This document shows, piece by piece, positions 37,658 through 47,718 of a DNA stretch of 64,000 bases. Each line of letters begins with the position of its first letter. Position 1 is the first letter of the stretch. A program made the position numbers and the translations under genes. The notes beneath the pieces were generated by a model, which searched no databases, was not told the DNA's origin, and was given only the letters and a program-made list of their open reading frames with translations. Location: assembly GCA_034005165.1 (NCBI GenBank), contig JAVEVE010000006.1:36690-100689 (forward strand). Reading direction: 5' to 3'. Origin of the DNA: Pseudobdellovibrionaceae bacterium (lineage in GTDB: Bacteria; Pseudomonadota; Alphaproteobacteria; Micavibrionales; Micavibrionaceae).

Positions 37658-39130
37658 CTATTTTACAAGGAAATCTGTCAGGGCCGAGCCCCCCAATTCA
37701 ATCATTTTTATGGAATTATGATTTGTATCTGTCACAAAAACCTGACCTTTTACAACTTTAACATCTCCTGGCTCTGCCAAATCCCTGCTTTTTGTCAGGG
37801 TTGATAGATGTCCTGTTGCCGTATCATAAATCCTGACTGCGTTATTATAGGTATCGGCCAAATAGATTTTGCCGTTCGCATAATCCAGCCCCTGCGCATG
37901 TTGGAGCATAGCCCCCGGATATACTCCATCTGTTAAACCATAGTCGAATAATCCTGTTCCAACCAACGTCCTAATCTGCCCGCCTTTAAGCATTCTGAGA
38001 GACGAGCTTTCAGCATCTACAAAGTATAGAGCATCTCCGTCTGTCGTAAATCCACTTGGCTGCGCGAGCTTGGCATTGAGGGCGACTCCGTCTTCGATAT
38101 CCTCATAACCGCTACCCGCCAATACAGAAATTTTTCCTGACGGAATGTCATAGACATGAAGCTGATGAAGACCTGCCGTTGCTATAGCCAATTTGTTTTC
38201 GTCAGAATGCGGCATGATTTCTATATCCCACGGGGACGCCAACGATACAGATGTTCCTCTGTCATTTTTAATAGAATGGTTATAGCCGCGCTTACCATTC
38301 CCGGCGAGAGTTCTTACGGTTTGCTTTGTAGTATCAATCACGCGCAAAGCATGATTTCCAGTATCTGCGATATAAATTTTATCTCCAACCGCTTTTAGCC
38401 CTCGCGGATTATTAAAAGAAGCGATTTCATATGATCCATCCTTCAAGGACTTCTTCCCGTTTCCTATACGGGTTAGAATTTTTCCCCAATTATCCGTGAT
38501 AACAATTTGATTATGCCCTGCATCGGCGATGACGAATCCGTTACCGAATATTTCGAGTCTTGCAGGAAATGACAAAGACGTGTCGGTTCTATGATCCAGA
38601 ACAAGAGCTTCATTTGAGGACGTATTTGTCGCGCTAGAGATATGTCTTCCTATATCGCGGTCGAGTTCGGTCCTGTGACCTTCGCCTGAATATCGGCTTA
38701 TCTCTTGTCCGTTTGCGCCCAGAACTATCAAGGTTGGCCACGCGTTAACTCCGAATGATTTCCAGATTGCGTAATCGTAATCATTGGCAATCGGGTGGTT
38801 TAATCCGAAGCGTTTTGCAGCAGAGAGAATGCGGTCATTATCCTGCTCACCCTTATATTTTGCGGAGTGGACCCCAATTACGAGGAGTTTATCGCCGTAT
38901 TTATGTTCTAGAAATTCCAGATCCGGGACAATTTGCATACAGTTCACGCAGCCGTAAGTCCAGAAATCGAGCAATAGGATTTTTCCGTCCATATCCTTTT
39001 GCGTCAAAGGGCGCTCAACATTCAGCCAACCTCCTGCACCTCCTTTGGAAAGTGTATCTGTCAGCGTGCTGGCATTTGCTGAACCAATGATTCCCCAAAT
39101 AGCGAGCAAGAATATGAAGGCCTGTTTCAT
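37658..39130 (-). CDS. Periplasmic thioredoxin-fold protein fused to an NHL-repeat beta-propeller
   Basis: 490 aa. Signal peptide, redoxin-like LLDFWTYGCVNCMQ (CxxC), then repeated NHL-type units (P.G...DG..LY.AD..N..IR). Confidence 0.75.
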   Translation of the reverse strand: MKQAFIFLLAIWGIIGSANASTLTDTLSKGGAGGWLNVERPLTQKDMDGKILLLDFWTYGCVNCMQIVPDLEFLEHKYGDKLLVIGVHSAKYKGEQDNDRILSAAKRFGLNHPIANDYDYAIWKSFGVNAWPTLIVLGANGQEISRYSGEGHRTELDRDIGRHISSATNTSSNEALVLDHRTDTSLSFPARLEIFGNGFVIADAGHNQIVITDNWGKILTRIGNGKKSLKDGSYEIASFNNPRGLKAVGDKIYIADTGNHALRVIDTTKQTVRTLAGNGKRGYNHSIKNDRGTSVSLASPWDIEIMPHSDENKLAIATAGLHQLHVYDIPSGKISVLAGSGYEDIEDGVALNAKLAQPSGFTTDGDALYFVDAESSSLRMLKGGQIRTLVGTGLFDYGLTDGVYPGAMLQHAQGLDYANGKIYLADTYNNAVRIYDTATGHLSTLTKSRDLAEPGDVKVVKGQVFVTDTNHNSIKMIELGGSALTDFLVK

Positions 39131-39266
39131 AAAAAAATCTCCACCAACTCTCAGCCAAATATTGTTTGGTGTGTTGTTCGTTTAGAGTGATATATGAGAT
39201 GGTTTCGGATGAACTGGGACAGAAGTTACTTTTTCGCCGCAAAATTGTAGAAAAAATATAAAAACC

Positions 39267-39638
39267 TCAGCTGCCCGTTATACCATGCTGCAAAAGCGGC
39301 GCTGCCTTAGCGAATAAGCGCTCCTGATAATAGCGTAATTTAGTGTAGACAATGGGATGCTGAAGAGCGGCCCAAGCAAGCTTCATGTTCGCCATAAAAG
39401 GATCTGGTTCATCGGCAGCTTTACCGATTTCAACCCTTAAATCCTTGCCTTCTGAGGATTTTCCCAATTTGGACAAAGAGTCAAACAATTCCCTGTAGCC
39501 TGTGTCCCGCCCTAACAAGGCATAATGAGTATTGAGGGCCATTGCGGCGGCTCTGGTTGCAACCAGGCTTACCCCTCCAAGCGCAGCATCAGCAACGACT
39601 GTATCAAAAGCCTCTTTTATCTTGAAATTCGGCAACAT
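39267..39638 (-). CDS. Hypothetical protein (123 aa)
   Basis: ORF only; no motif recognised. Confidence 0.4.
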   Translation of the reverse strand: MLPNFKIKEAFDTVVADAALGGVSLVATRAAAMALNTHYALLGRDTGYRELFDSLSKLGKSSEGKDLRVEIGKAADEPDPFMANMKLAWAALQHPIVYTKLRYYQERLFAKAAPLLQHGITGS

Positions 39639-39702
39639 CCCTAAATCTTGTCTTTTTTATAATTGTTCTATCAGGATAGTCTTCTCCATAAAAAAAATGC
39701 AA

Positions 39703-39727
39703 CAAAAAAGCGCCTTACGGCGCTTTT
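39703..39727 (-). terminator. Rho-independent terminator after ftsH
   Basis: Minus strand reads AAAGCGCC-GTAA-GGCGCTTTTTTGTTGCATTTTTTTT. Confidence 0.8.
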
Positions 39728-39760
39728 AATCTGTCTGGTTACTTTTGGTTAAGCCCCTCT

Positions 39761-41668
39761 TTAGGCTCCCTGTGGCAAGGTTCCAAACCCGCCACCTTTC
39801 GGAACAGATGATTTCGGAGTGCTGGCCTCGTCATCATCATTATCACGAAGGATCGGCTCGCCCCTCAAAAGTGCCTTGATCTCATCTCCAGAGAGCAGCT
39901 CATACTCCAGCAAAGCCTTTGCTAATGTATGCAGGTCATCCATCTTGTCATTCAAAATTTCCGTTGCACGGGCGTAGGCTTCTTCTACGATGCGTCGTAT
40001 TTCACTGTCTACAGTATGAGCGGTTTCATCCGACATGTTTTTGGTTTGCGCTACGGAGTGACCAAGAAAGACTTCTTCCTGATCGCCGGCATAACGAAGC
40101 GGTCCGAGTTTTTCACTCATCCCCCATTCCGTCACCATACGGCGTGCAATATCTGTTGCCATTTTGATATCGCTGGATGCGCCTGTGGTTACTTTCTGTG
40201 TGCCGAAAATCAGTTCTTCAGCAATCCGCCCCCCCATAGCGACAGCCAAGTCGGCTTCAAGTTTGGCTTTGGACATTGAAATGCGGTCACCTTCCGGCAA
40301 ACGCATAACCATCCCCAACGCCCGACCTCTAGGGACAATTGTTGCCTTGTGGATAGGATCGGATTCAGGCTCGTTCAAAGCCACAATGGCATGGCCAGCT
40401 TCGTGATAGGCCGTTAGTTTTTTCTCGTTATCCGTCATCACCATGGATCTGCGCTCAGCACCCATCATGACTTTATCCTTAGCGGATTCAAAATCATCCA
40501 TCCCGACGACACGCTTGTTCTTGCGTGCAGCCAGAAGAGCTGCTTCATTTACAAGGTTTGCCAAATCAGCCCCGGAGAATCCTGGTGTTCCGCGTGCAAT
40601 AACCATTGAATCAACGTTACTTGCCATTGGCACTTTCTTCATATGAACTTTCAGGATTTTCTCGCGCCCTTTAACATCAGGGTTCGGGATCATAACCTGA
40701 CGGTCGAAGCGGCCCGGGCGCAGCAGTGCCGGATCAAGAACATCAGGACGGTTGGTTGCCGCGATGATAATAACACCTTCGTTGGCCTCAAACCCGTCCA
40801 TTTCAACCAGCAATTGGTTGAGAGTTTGCTCGCGCTCATCGTTCCCACCGCCAAGACCTGCCCCACGGTGACGACCGACAGCATCAATTTCGTCAATGAA
40901 GATGATACACGGCGCATTCTTTTTGCCTTGTTCAAACATATCGCGAACGCGGGACGCACCAACACCAACAAACATTTCAACAAAGTCCGAACCGGAAATA
41001 GTGAAAAACGGCACGTTGGCTTCACCGGCGACTGCACGGGCAATCAAGGTTTTACCTGTCCCTGGAGGGCCAACCAGCAATGCGCCTTTCGGGATTTTCC
41101 CGCCCAAGCGCTGAAATTTTTGAGGATCTTTCAGGAATTCCACAACTTCACTTAATTCTTCTTTGGCTTCGTCAATACCGGCAACGTCTTCAAATGTCAC
41201 GCGGCCCTGTTTTTCGGTCAGCATCCGCGCACGTGATTTTCCGAAGCCCATGGCACCGCCGCCGCCTTTACCTTGCATCTGGCGCATGAAGAAGATCCAG
41301 ACCCCAATCAAAAGCAACATCGGGAACCATGATAAAAGCACACCGAGAAGGGAAAATTTCTCAGCTTCTTCAGCTTCGGCTTTAATTCGGACCGATGTCC
41401 CTTGAAGACGGTCGACAATATTTTCGCCGTTTGGTACCAGCGTATGAAATACAGTCTGGTCGCCCGAATAATGTCCACGCACATCCTGGCCTTGAATAAC
41501 AACATCTGAAATCTTGCCGGATTTGGCATCTTCCATGAAGTCACTATAGGCGAGCGTTTTCGATCTGGTGTCTTGCACGCCTTTAGAGCTTTGGAATACA
41601 TTGAACAAAAAGATCAATGCCAGTCCTATAGCCAGCCAAAAGAGCAAGTTACGATTCATTCCCTGCAC
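39761..41668 (-). CDS. ftsH: ATP-dependent zinc metalloprotease FtsH
   Basis: 635 aa. Two N-terminal TMs, AAA+ Walker A GPPGTGKT, Walker [12 protein letters not shown], and zinc site HEAGHA. Confidence 0.97.
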   Translation of the reverse strand: MQGMNRNLLFWLAIGLALIFLFNVFQSSKGVQDTRSKTLAYSDFMEDAKSGKISDVVIQGQDVRGHYSGDQTVFHTLVPNGENIVDRLQGTSVRIKAEAEEAEKFSLLGVLLSWFPMLLLIGVWIFFMRQMQGKGGGGAMGFGKSRARMLTEKQGRVTFEDVAGIDEAKEELSEVVEFLKDPQKFQRLGGKIPKGALLVGPPGTGKTLIARAVAGEANVPFFTISGSDFVEMFVGVGASRVRDMFEQGKKNAPCIIFIDEIDAVGRHRGAGLGGGNDEREQTLNQLLVEMDGFEANEGVIIIAATNRPDVLDPALLRPGRFDRQVMIPNPDVKGREKILKVHMKKVPMASNVDSMVIARGTPGFSGADLANLVNEAALLAARKNKRVVGMDDFESAKDKVMMGAERRSMVMTDNEKKLTAYHEAGHAIVALNEPESDPIHKATIVPRGRALGMVMRLPEGDRISMSKAKLEADLAVAMGGRIAEELIFGTQKVTTGASSDIKMATDIARRMVTEWGMSEKLGPLRYAGDQEEVFLGHSVAQTKNMSDETAHTVDSEIRRIVEEAYARATEILNDKMDDLHTLAKALLEYELLSGDEIKALLRGEPILRDNDDDEASTPKSSVPKGGGFGTLPQGA

Positions 41669-41852
41669 GATATAAATCCTTTGGGTTGAAATTTAAAATT
41701 TCGGTTGCCGTTTCCAGTCAACATCACGTCAACATAAAGTCAGCCCGGTCAGGTTTCAATACCTTACCCCGGGTTATACAATACTATTATATATAATTTT
41801 TTCGGATTGCGCCAAGATATCGACCACAAAAGATCATGGAAAGTTTTTAGCG

Positions 41853-42866
41853 TTATTTTCCCGATTCACGAAGGCACTGCAAAATACCATCTTTTTTTCT
41901 TGGTCGAAAAATGACCCCGCCCAAGGTAGCGCCCTTGAAAGGGTCCCCCTCTTTAATACGCCCCGCCAGACGCTCGATATCCTCCAACCTAGCTGGAAAA
42001 TCCTTTTCAGGGCGCAAGCCAGATATAATTTTTTGGATAATCCGCACAATCACTTCCTCATGACATTCTGATAGGTCAGGCCATCTCAGGTCTATCCTGT
42101 CCGCACCATTTACAATGGTTAATAAATCCGCTTTCTCGCCAATCAAAGCATCGACCATTTCTTTATTTCTTTGCAGGCGGTCGACAAGGGATGAAATTCT
42201 TTTGGAAGACAGCCCTTCCCGTTCCAGAACTTCCTTGGATCCGCGCATCCGTCCCCGCATATATTTATCACTGGTATTGCTCGGGTCTTCTGCCCAAGTA
42301 ATTCTCTCAGAACGGCAAAAATCAATCAATTCTTCGTGCGTGAAGTCCAACAACGGCCGCAGTAAGGTCAGATGATCGTCATATAGCTGAACTTTGCGCA
42401 TGCAGGCCAATCCGTCAGGACCACTCCCTTTAGCAAGACGAAACAGGAACGTCTCAAACTGGTCATCCGCATGGTGTGCCACTGCAAGGTATTTGATTTT
42501 GTTTTTACGGCAATATTGCGCCATCATTTCATAGCGTGCGGCGCGTGCATTTTCTTGAATCGATTTATCAGACTTCTCCCCAATCCATTTGAATTTTTTA
42601 CATTTAACCCCAATCAACTTAGCAAAGCGCTCGACCATTTTAATTTCATCTGCCGACTCTTTGCGCAGATCATGATCGACCGTGAGAATATGCAGACTTG
42701 AGTCATTTCCAGCCCATTTACGCATCATATATGCAAGAGCCATAGAATCAGCCCCGCCTGAAACCGCGATTGCGATTGATGGGACGGGGCTGTTATCGGG
42801 TTCAGGCAGACCTAAATCTGCCATTTTTTGCTTAAAATCCGAAGCTGTCAGGATTTTACGGGACAC
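41853..42866 (-). CDS. tilS: tRNA(Ile)-lysidine synthase
   Basis: 337 aa with the PP-loop AVSGGADSMAL. GTG start 1 nt after the cpoB stop. Confidence 0.88.
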   Translation of the reverse strand: MSRKILTASDFKQKMADLGLPEPDNSPVPSIAIAVSGGADSMALAYMMRKWAGNDSSLHILTVDHDLRKESADEIKMVERFAKLIGVKCKKFKWIGEKSDKSIQENARAARYEMMAQYCRKNKIKYLAVAHHADDQFETFLFRLAKGSGPDGLACMRKVQLYDDHLTLLRPLLDFTHEELIDFCRSERITWAEDPSNTSDKYMRGRMRGSKEVLEREGLSSKRISSLVDRLQRNKEMVDALIGEKADLLTIVNGADRIDLRWPDLSECHEEVIVRIIQKIISGLRPEKDFPARLEDIERLAGRIKEGDPFKGATLGGVIFRPRKKDGILQCLRESGK

Positions 42867-42867
42867 A

Positions 42868-43872
42868 TTACTCCCCGCAACCCAGCTTCGTCATTTCCTG
42901 TGATGCCGTACGCAACAACGAAGCGTTGCCTGAAGGAAATTCTTTTCCAAGCTGCTTTAAAGTAATGCAAGCCTGCTGGGTTTTTCCAGATTTACCGAGA
43001 GACATTCCAAGTTTCAGTAAACTATCCGCTGTTTTCGGACCTTTCGGATATTTCTTGTAGCTTTCAGCAAAGACGCGCGTAGCTTTATCATACTGGCCTT
43101 CAGCATAATAATTCTCGCCCAACCAATACATAGCATTTGGAGACAGCGGGTGGTCAGGATATTGTTTCAGGAACTCGTCAAAGCCGTTACGTGATGCGGC
43201 ATAATTTCCGCTTTTCAGAAGAGAGAATGCCATCTCATACTGCCCTGCCGGATCATTTCCTGCCTGAGGGATGGACGCCCCACCCGGAGCCTGTGTCAAA
43301 GTTCCGAGATTTTGCTGTGTCGGAGAATCCTGGGGAGCTGGCGCATCATAATCCGTATCCGATGAAGCCGCACCCGTCAAAACAGGCCCCCCCATATCAC
43401 TAGCTCCCAATGTTCCTGACTGGGTATTGACATTGGAGGATGATGTCGCATCTATAGTTGCCCCTATCTGGCTCCCCATAGGCTGTGATATTTGCCCCCC
43501 AGAAGAGAGTCGAAGCTCGATATCAGCCATTAGACGATCCATACGATCCTTCATCTGATTGACATCAAACGTCTGCTGCTCAACTTTTCCAGTCAAATCA
43601 CGAATTTGACGCTCCATGTCAGACAGGCGCACTTCAACATTCGCCTGATATGCTCCACCCGAAGAAGACGAAGAGACCGCTTCAGGGACCTTACCTTTGT
43701 AAACGGCCTGATTGAGTGTGTCGATATCCCGTTCTATCCTGTTCAGGCGTGTCGTGACATCATCGGCGTAAGCGACATTCATCATACATGTCGACCCTAC
43801 CAAGACAGCACAGGCCGCTACCGCGGCCTGAAATGTCGTGAGGGATTTTGATCTTTTTAAAAAAGCTGCCAT
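42868..43872 (-). CDS. cpoB: Tol-Pal system protein CpoB/YbgF
   Basis: Signal peptide, N-terminal coiled coil, low-complexity linker, then C-terminal TPR (YPDHPLSPNAMYWLGENYY, KYPKGPKTADSLLKLG). Downstream of pal. The ATG at 43872 is preceded by GAGGTG. Confidence 0.88.
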   Translation of the reverse strand: MAAFLKRSKSLTTFQAAVAACAVLVGSTCMMNVAYADDVTTRLNRIERDIDTLNQAVYKGKVPEAVSSSSSGGAYQANVEVRLSDMERQIRDLTGKVEQQTFDVNQMKDRMDRLMADIELRLSSGGQISQPMGSQIGATIDATSSSNVNTQSGTLGASDMGGPVLTGAASSDTDYDAPAPQDSPTQQNLGTLTQAPGGASIPQAGNDPAGQYEMAFSLLKSGNYAASRNGFDEFLKQYPDHPLSPNAMYWLGENYYAEGQYDKATRVFAESYKKYPKGPKTADSLLKLGMSLGKSGKTQQACITLKQLGKEFPSGNASLLRTASQEMTKLGCGE

Positions 43873-43898
43873 AGGCACCTCACAAGTTTGCAATCAGA

Positions 43899-44417
43899 TT
43901 AGTTTACGACTGTTACGCCGCGACGGTTTTGTGACCATGCAGCAGCAGTTGATTCAGGCACAGCAGGGCGCTCTTTACCATAACTGATAGTGTTGACGCG
44001 GTTGGAGTCAACGCCCAAGGACATCAGGTAAGAACGAACAGAAGCGGCACGACGCTCGCCGAGAGCCAAGTTGTACTCACGTGTTCCACGCTCATCAGCG
44101 TGACCTTCGATGGTTACTGTTACTGATGGATATTGCTTCATCCATGTTGCCTGACGCTCGAGAGTGGTGCGCGCTTCATAAGACAGATCGGATTGATCGT
44201 AGCCGAAGAATACACGGTCACCAACATTCACAACAAGATCTTGCTGGGTGCCCGGCATAACACCGTTCACCGGAGCCATTCCCATTTCAGAACCGGACAG
44301 TTCAGAACCTTGCATACCGGACATGGATGTATCCATTCCATTTTCGTCCTCAGAACTTCCGCAAGCGGTTAAAGAAACAAGGGCGACAGACATTAAAAGA
44401 AAATTGCGGATAGACAT
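43899..44417 (-). CDS. pal: Peptidoglycan-associated lipoprotein Pal (OmpA family)
   Basis: 172 aa with lipobox LTAC and the OmpA-like domain (VFFGYDQSDL, IEGHADERGTREYNLALGERRA). Confidence 0.93.
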   Translation of the reverse strand: MSIRNFLLMSVALVSLTACGSSEDENGMDTSMSGMQGSELSGSEMGMAPVNGVMPGTQQDLVVNVGDRVFFGYDQSDLSYEARTTLERQATWMKQYPSVTVTIEGHADERGTREYNLALGERRAASVRSYLMSLGVDSNRVNTISYGKERPAVPESTAAAWSQNRRGVTVVN

Positions 44418-44603
44418 ACTGGGGACTCCTGTAATGGGGCGTTAGGATAATTTTTGTTGATCGGGAGATTCGCATCCCCCTTGTGAAACCTCTTACTAAA
44501 TAGACCTTACACACGGGATTCGCAAGGGGGGCATCCCTGTTTTTTTGCAGCTCCCCCTTTATCTCTTTCATTCAACCTCACGCCCACTCACATCGGCTGT
44601 TTT

Positions 44604-45446
44604 TTACTCCAAACCAATTTCCAGAGTCCTAAGCAAAAGCTCGGCATCATATCTATCTTTCGGATCTGTTACCGCCCCGAGATATTGGCGAACAAGCTCA
44701 ATTGCCGAGGCTAAATTACCCAACCGTGCATTCAGAACACTTTCATCAAGTAACAAGCGGTGCTCTTGAGGAGCAAAGGACTTCATCATTGTGACCGTAT
44801 CGAGGGCATCCTGATATTCCTCTTTTTCGATTTGACGGAATTTGATGTTATTTTGGAGACGCAAAAGAATTTCCCGATTACTGGCCTCGATATACAAATT
44901 TGCAGAAAGTTCAGCATCTTCTCCCAGAACAGCTTTCAGCAACTGACGTAAATCCGATGCCTGCAATATTCTGAATTGATGAAACGGGTCGCAAATCACA
45001 CGCTTTCCACCTTGATCAAACCGCAGAAGGAAGTGTCCGGGGAAGTTTAATCCGCTAATTCCCCACCCTTGCGCCCTTCCTGCTTCGATTGCCAGAATTG
45101 AGAGCGCAATCGGCAATCCCTTGCGGCGATCAATCACCTCGATAAGGTCCGCATTTCTTAAATCGTTGTAAGTATCTTCATCACCCGTATAGCCATATTG
45201 ATCGCAAATGACGTGCTTGAGTGCTGCAATTTTTGTTTCAGGATTATCTTCCGCGCCAGCGGCAATCAAATCTACATATCTTACAGCTACTTGCTCCCCG
45301 ATCTTTTTGATGTGGGTTAAGTATGGCCCAAGACTACGACCGGGATGATTTTCCAGCGCCAGATAGAGTGCCGTATCAATCAGAGGTATCTGATCATCTG
45401 CAAATCCACCAAAGCTTTGCAACTCTTTTTTTGTATCCGTTGCCAA
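44604..45446 (-). CDS. SirB1/YchA-like transglutaminase-like + TPR protein
   Basis: 280 aa. RRKGLPIALSILAIEAGRAQGWGISGLNFPGHFLLRF resembles the SirB1 N-terminal domain. The C-terminus is TPR-like. Confidence 0.7.
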   Translation of the reverse strand: MATDTKKELQSFGGFADDQIPLIDTALYLALENHPGRSLGPYLTHIKKIGEQVAVRYVDLIAAGAEDNPETKIAALKHVICDQYGYTGDEDTYNDLRNADLIEVIDRRKGLPIALSILAIEAGRAQGWGISGLNFPGHFLLRFDQGGKRVICDPFHQFRILQASDLRQLLKAVLGEDAELSANLYIEASNREILLRLQNNIKFRQIEKEEYQDALDTVTMMKSFAPQEHRLLLDESVLNARLGNLASAIELVRQYLGAVTDPKDRYDAELLLRTLEIGLE

Positions 45447-45490
45447 AAGACAATCTTCCCTTCACTTTTTATTCTGTATTCTAATCGCTG

Positions 45491-46282
45491 CTATGGAGGA
45501 AGTACCTCGGATTGAATCGAAGAGCCTGACGAATAAGAATACGGAACAGATTCAGGAGATTGCGCACCGCCATATGAGTCATTTCCGTCCATGCTCGAAG
45601 CAAGAGGCGTTGGTGCATTCTGATACTCCTGTCCGGACTCATACCTCTCAACTGTTGCCCCCTGCACCGCGTTCCCCGATACAGGATCGGCTCCCCCCAC
45701 CGGATTCCCCAAAAACTTCACGTAGGAAATAACCTCTTTGACGCCGCTGATCCTCCGGGCAATTTCAACAACACGATCCAGCTCTTCCTGACTTTGCGCA
45801 ACCCCCATAAGGTAGACAGAACCGTGAACAGTTTCAATGGAGTAGTTAATAGACTGAATGTATTTATCGAAAGTTATTTGTGTTCTCAACTGACCAGAAA
45901 TCCACGTATCTTTTGCGTAGCTTGCGATAGTAGAGCTATCACCAACCCTGATTTCATTGATGACCTGCTTGACACCGGTCGGTTGCCACGCCAAACGAAT
46001 TGCTTCTACGCGATCTTCTGGGTTTTGAACAACACCTGTCACCAGCACGCGTCCCTGATTCACATTTAAATTCAGCTTTCTAAACATGTCAACGTCACGG
46101 CGGAACCACAAATCACTGATTTCCAGACGGATGGACTCATCTGTTACCGTGCCACGTATCCCCCCCTCCTTGGCGGCAGACACCCCGACAGCAGCCCCGA
46201 CACCCGTCGCCAATCCGACAGCCCCACACCCTGCAAGAAGCACCGAAGAAGCCATGAGAGTCAAAACCAGAGACGTCTTCAT
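45491..46282 (-). CDS. BON-domain lipoprotein (DolP/OsmY-like) with a low-complexity C-terminal tail
   Basis: From ATG 46282: MKTSLVLTLMASSVLLAGC lipobox, then two BON-like units (VNQGRVLVTGVV; VHGSVYLMGVA). The ORF-track start at 46402 overlaps yraN and is unlikely. Confidence 0.75.
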   Translation of the reverse strand: MKTSLVLTLMASSVLLAGCGAVGLATGVGAAVGVSAAKEGGIRGTVTDESIRLEISDLWFRRDVDMFRKLNLNVNQGRVLVTGVVQNPEDRVEAIRLAWQPTGVKQVINEIRVGDSSTIASYAKDTWISGQLRTQITFDKYIQSINYSIETVHGSVYLMGVAQSQEELDRVVEIARRISGVKEVISYVKFLGNPVGGADPVSGNAVQGATVERYESGQEYQNAPTPLASSMDGNDSYGGAQSPESVPYSYSSGSSIQSEVLPP

Positions 46283-46395
46283 TGTAAAAACCTTTCCATT
46301 TTCAAATGGGTTACTTGTTTCAAAAAGTCCGCAAAGACATTTACGCGGCGAATCGAAAGAATTTTCAGACTTACTATGACCTATTATGGCCCTTG

Positions 46396-46749
46396 TTACC
46401 ACGCGTTGTCCAGATGCCAGACACGAAAACCTGAAACAACGACAACATCAAAACGCAGATCTGCGATTTCTCCCCCCGCATTCCCGGCCATATAATACTG
46501 CGCAGCTCTAGCTATGCGCGATTGCATTTTTTGTGTGACACACGACACTCCTTCATCTCTGGACGGACGACACTTCACCTCAACAAAGATAATAGTATTT
46601 CCTGAGCGCATGACCAGATCAATTTCACCAACAGGCGTCTTATAACGCCACGACCGCATCCTGAAATTTTTCAAAAAAACCAGATAGAACGCTGCATAAA
46701 TCTCTGCCAATATCCCTTTCTGATAAGTTCCTAAAAATTTACTTTTCAC
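46396..46749 (-). CDS. yraN: YraN family (UPF0102) endonuclease-like protein
   Basis: 117 aa with GEIDLVMRSGNTIIFVEVK, typical of YraN. Confidence 0.85.
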   Translation of the reverse strand: MKSKFLGTYQKGILAEIYAAFYLVFLKNFRMRSWRYKTPVGEIDLVMRSGNTIIFVEVKCRPSRDEGVSCVTQKMQSRIARAAQYYMAGNAGGEIADLRFDVVVVSGFRVWHLDNAW

Positions 46750-46772
46750 AATAAGTTACAATCTTTTTTTAT

Positions 46773-47696
46773 TTATTTTTTTAATTCAAGTGCACGATTA
46801 TAAATCTGCTTCTTCGGCACGCCCGTTTTCTCAACTAAAAATTCAACAGTTTCTTTTAGCGATCTGAGCTCAAGAGAATTTACAATCAATTGATCGAGAT
46901 CAATCTCCTCCACTTGATCCTCCCCGCGATCAATCACGAGAACAAACTCACCCTTTGGCGCCCCCTCCCTTTCCAGACGTCCCAAAACTTCAGATATATT
47001 GCCGCGCCAAACCTCTTCAAATTTTTTAGTTAACTCTCTTGTCAGAGCCATCTGACGATCACCCAACATTTCAAACATGTCCCGGCATGTGGCCTCGAGA
47101 CGCGGACCAGCCTCAAACAGGATCAGTGTCGACTGCACGCTTTTCCATTTATTTAATATATCCCTCTTTGCTTTTGATTTTGTTGGCAAAAAACCAAGAA
47201 AAGAAAAATGGTCACTCGGCAGGGCGGAGAGCTGCAATGCGGTAAGGGGAGCATTTGCTCCCGGCAAACTTGTGACGTATAAATTTTGGTCGGCACAATC
47301 GCGCACCAGCTTGTATCCAGGATCGGAAATCAATGGCATTCCGGCATCAGACACCAGAGCAACAACCTGCCCTGCCTTTATTTTTTCTAATATGACGGGG
47401 CGTTGTGTATCGGCATTATGATCGTGATATGGCAATAATTTTTGCTTGATCCCGAGTAACGAGAGGAGCTTTCCCGTCATCCTTGTATCCTCGCAAGCGA
47501 TACAATCAGCCGTCTTCAAAACATCAAGGGCTCGTATCGTTATGTCTCTCAAGTTTCCGATAGGGGTTGCGACGAGATAAAGGCCTGCTCTCAATACTAC
47601 CTTGCCCACTGTTATGTCATATTCACCTTCAACAAAAGGGGCTTTAATCTCTTGCAGGTTTTGTGTAGGGTCATGATCTTCGAATTTTTTATTCAT
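46773..47696 (-). CDS. rsmI: 16S rRNA (cytidine1402-2'-O)-methyltransferase RsmI
   Basis: LYLVATPIGNLRDIT..CEDTR..SDAGMPLISDPG motifs. The ATG at 47696 (MNKKFED) is preferred; the ORF-track start at 47933 would overlap the divergent gene by more than 200 nt. Confidence 0.88.
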   Translation of the reverse strand: MNKKFEDHDPTQNLQEIKAPFVEGEYDITVGKVVLRAGLYLVATPIGNLRDITIRALDVLKTADCIACEDTRMTGKLLSLLGIKQKLLPYHDHNADTQRPVILEKIKAGQVVALVSDAGMPLISDPGYKLVRDCADQNLYVTSLPGANAPLTALQLSALPSDHFSFLGFLPTKSKAKRDILNKWKSVQSTLILFEAGPRLEATCRDMFEMLGDRQMALTRELTKKFEEVWRGNISEVLGRLEREGAPKGEFVLVIDRGEDQVEEIDLDQLIVNSLELRSLKETVEFLVEKTGVPKKQIYNRALELKK

Positions 47697-47718
47697 ATAC
47701 AAAGATGTACGGGAGCTT

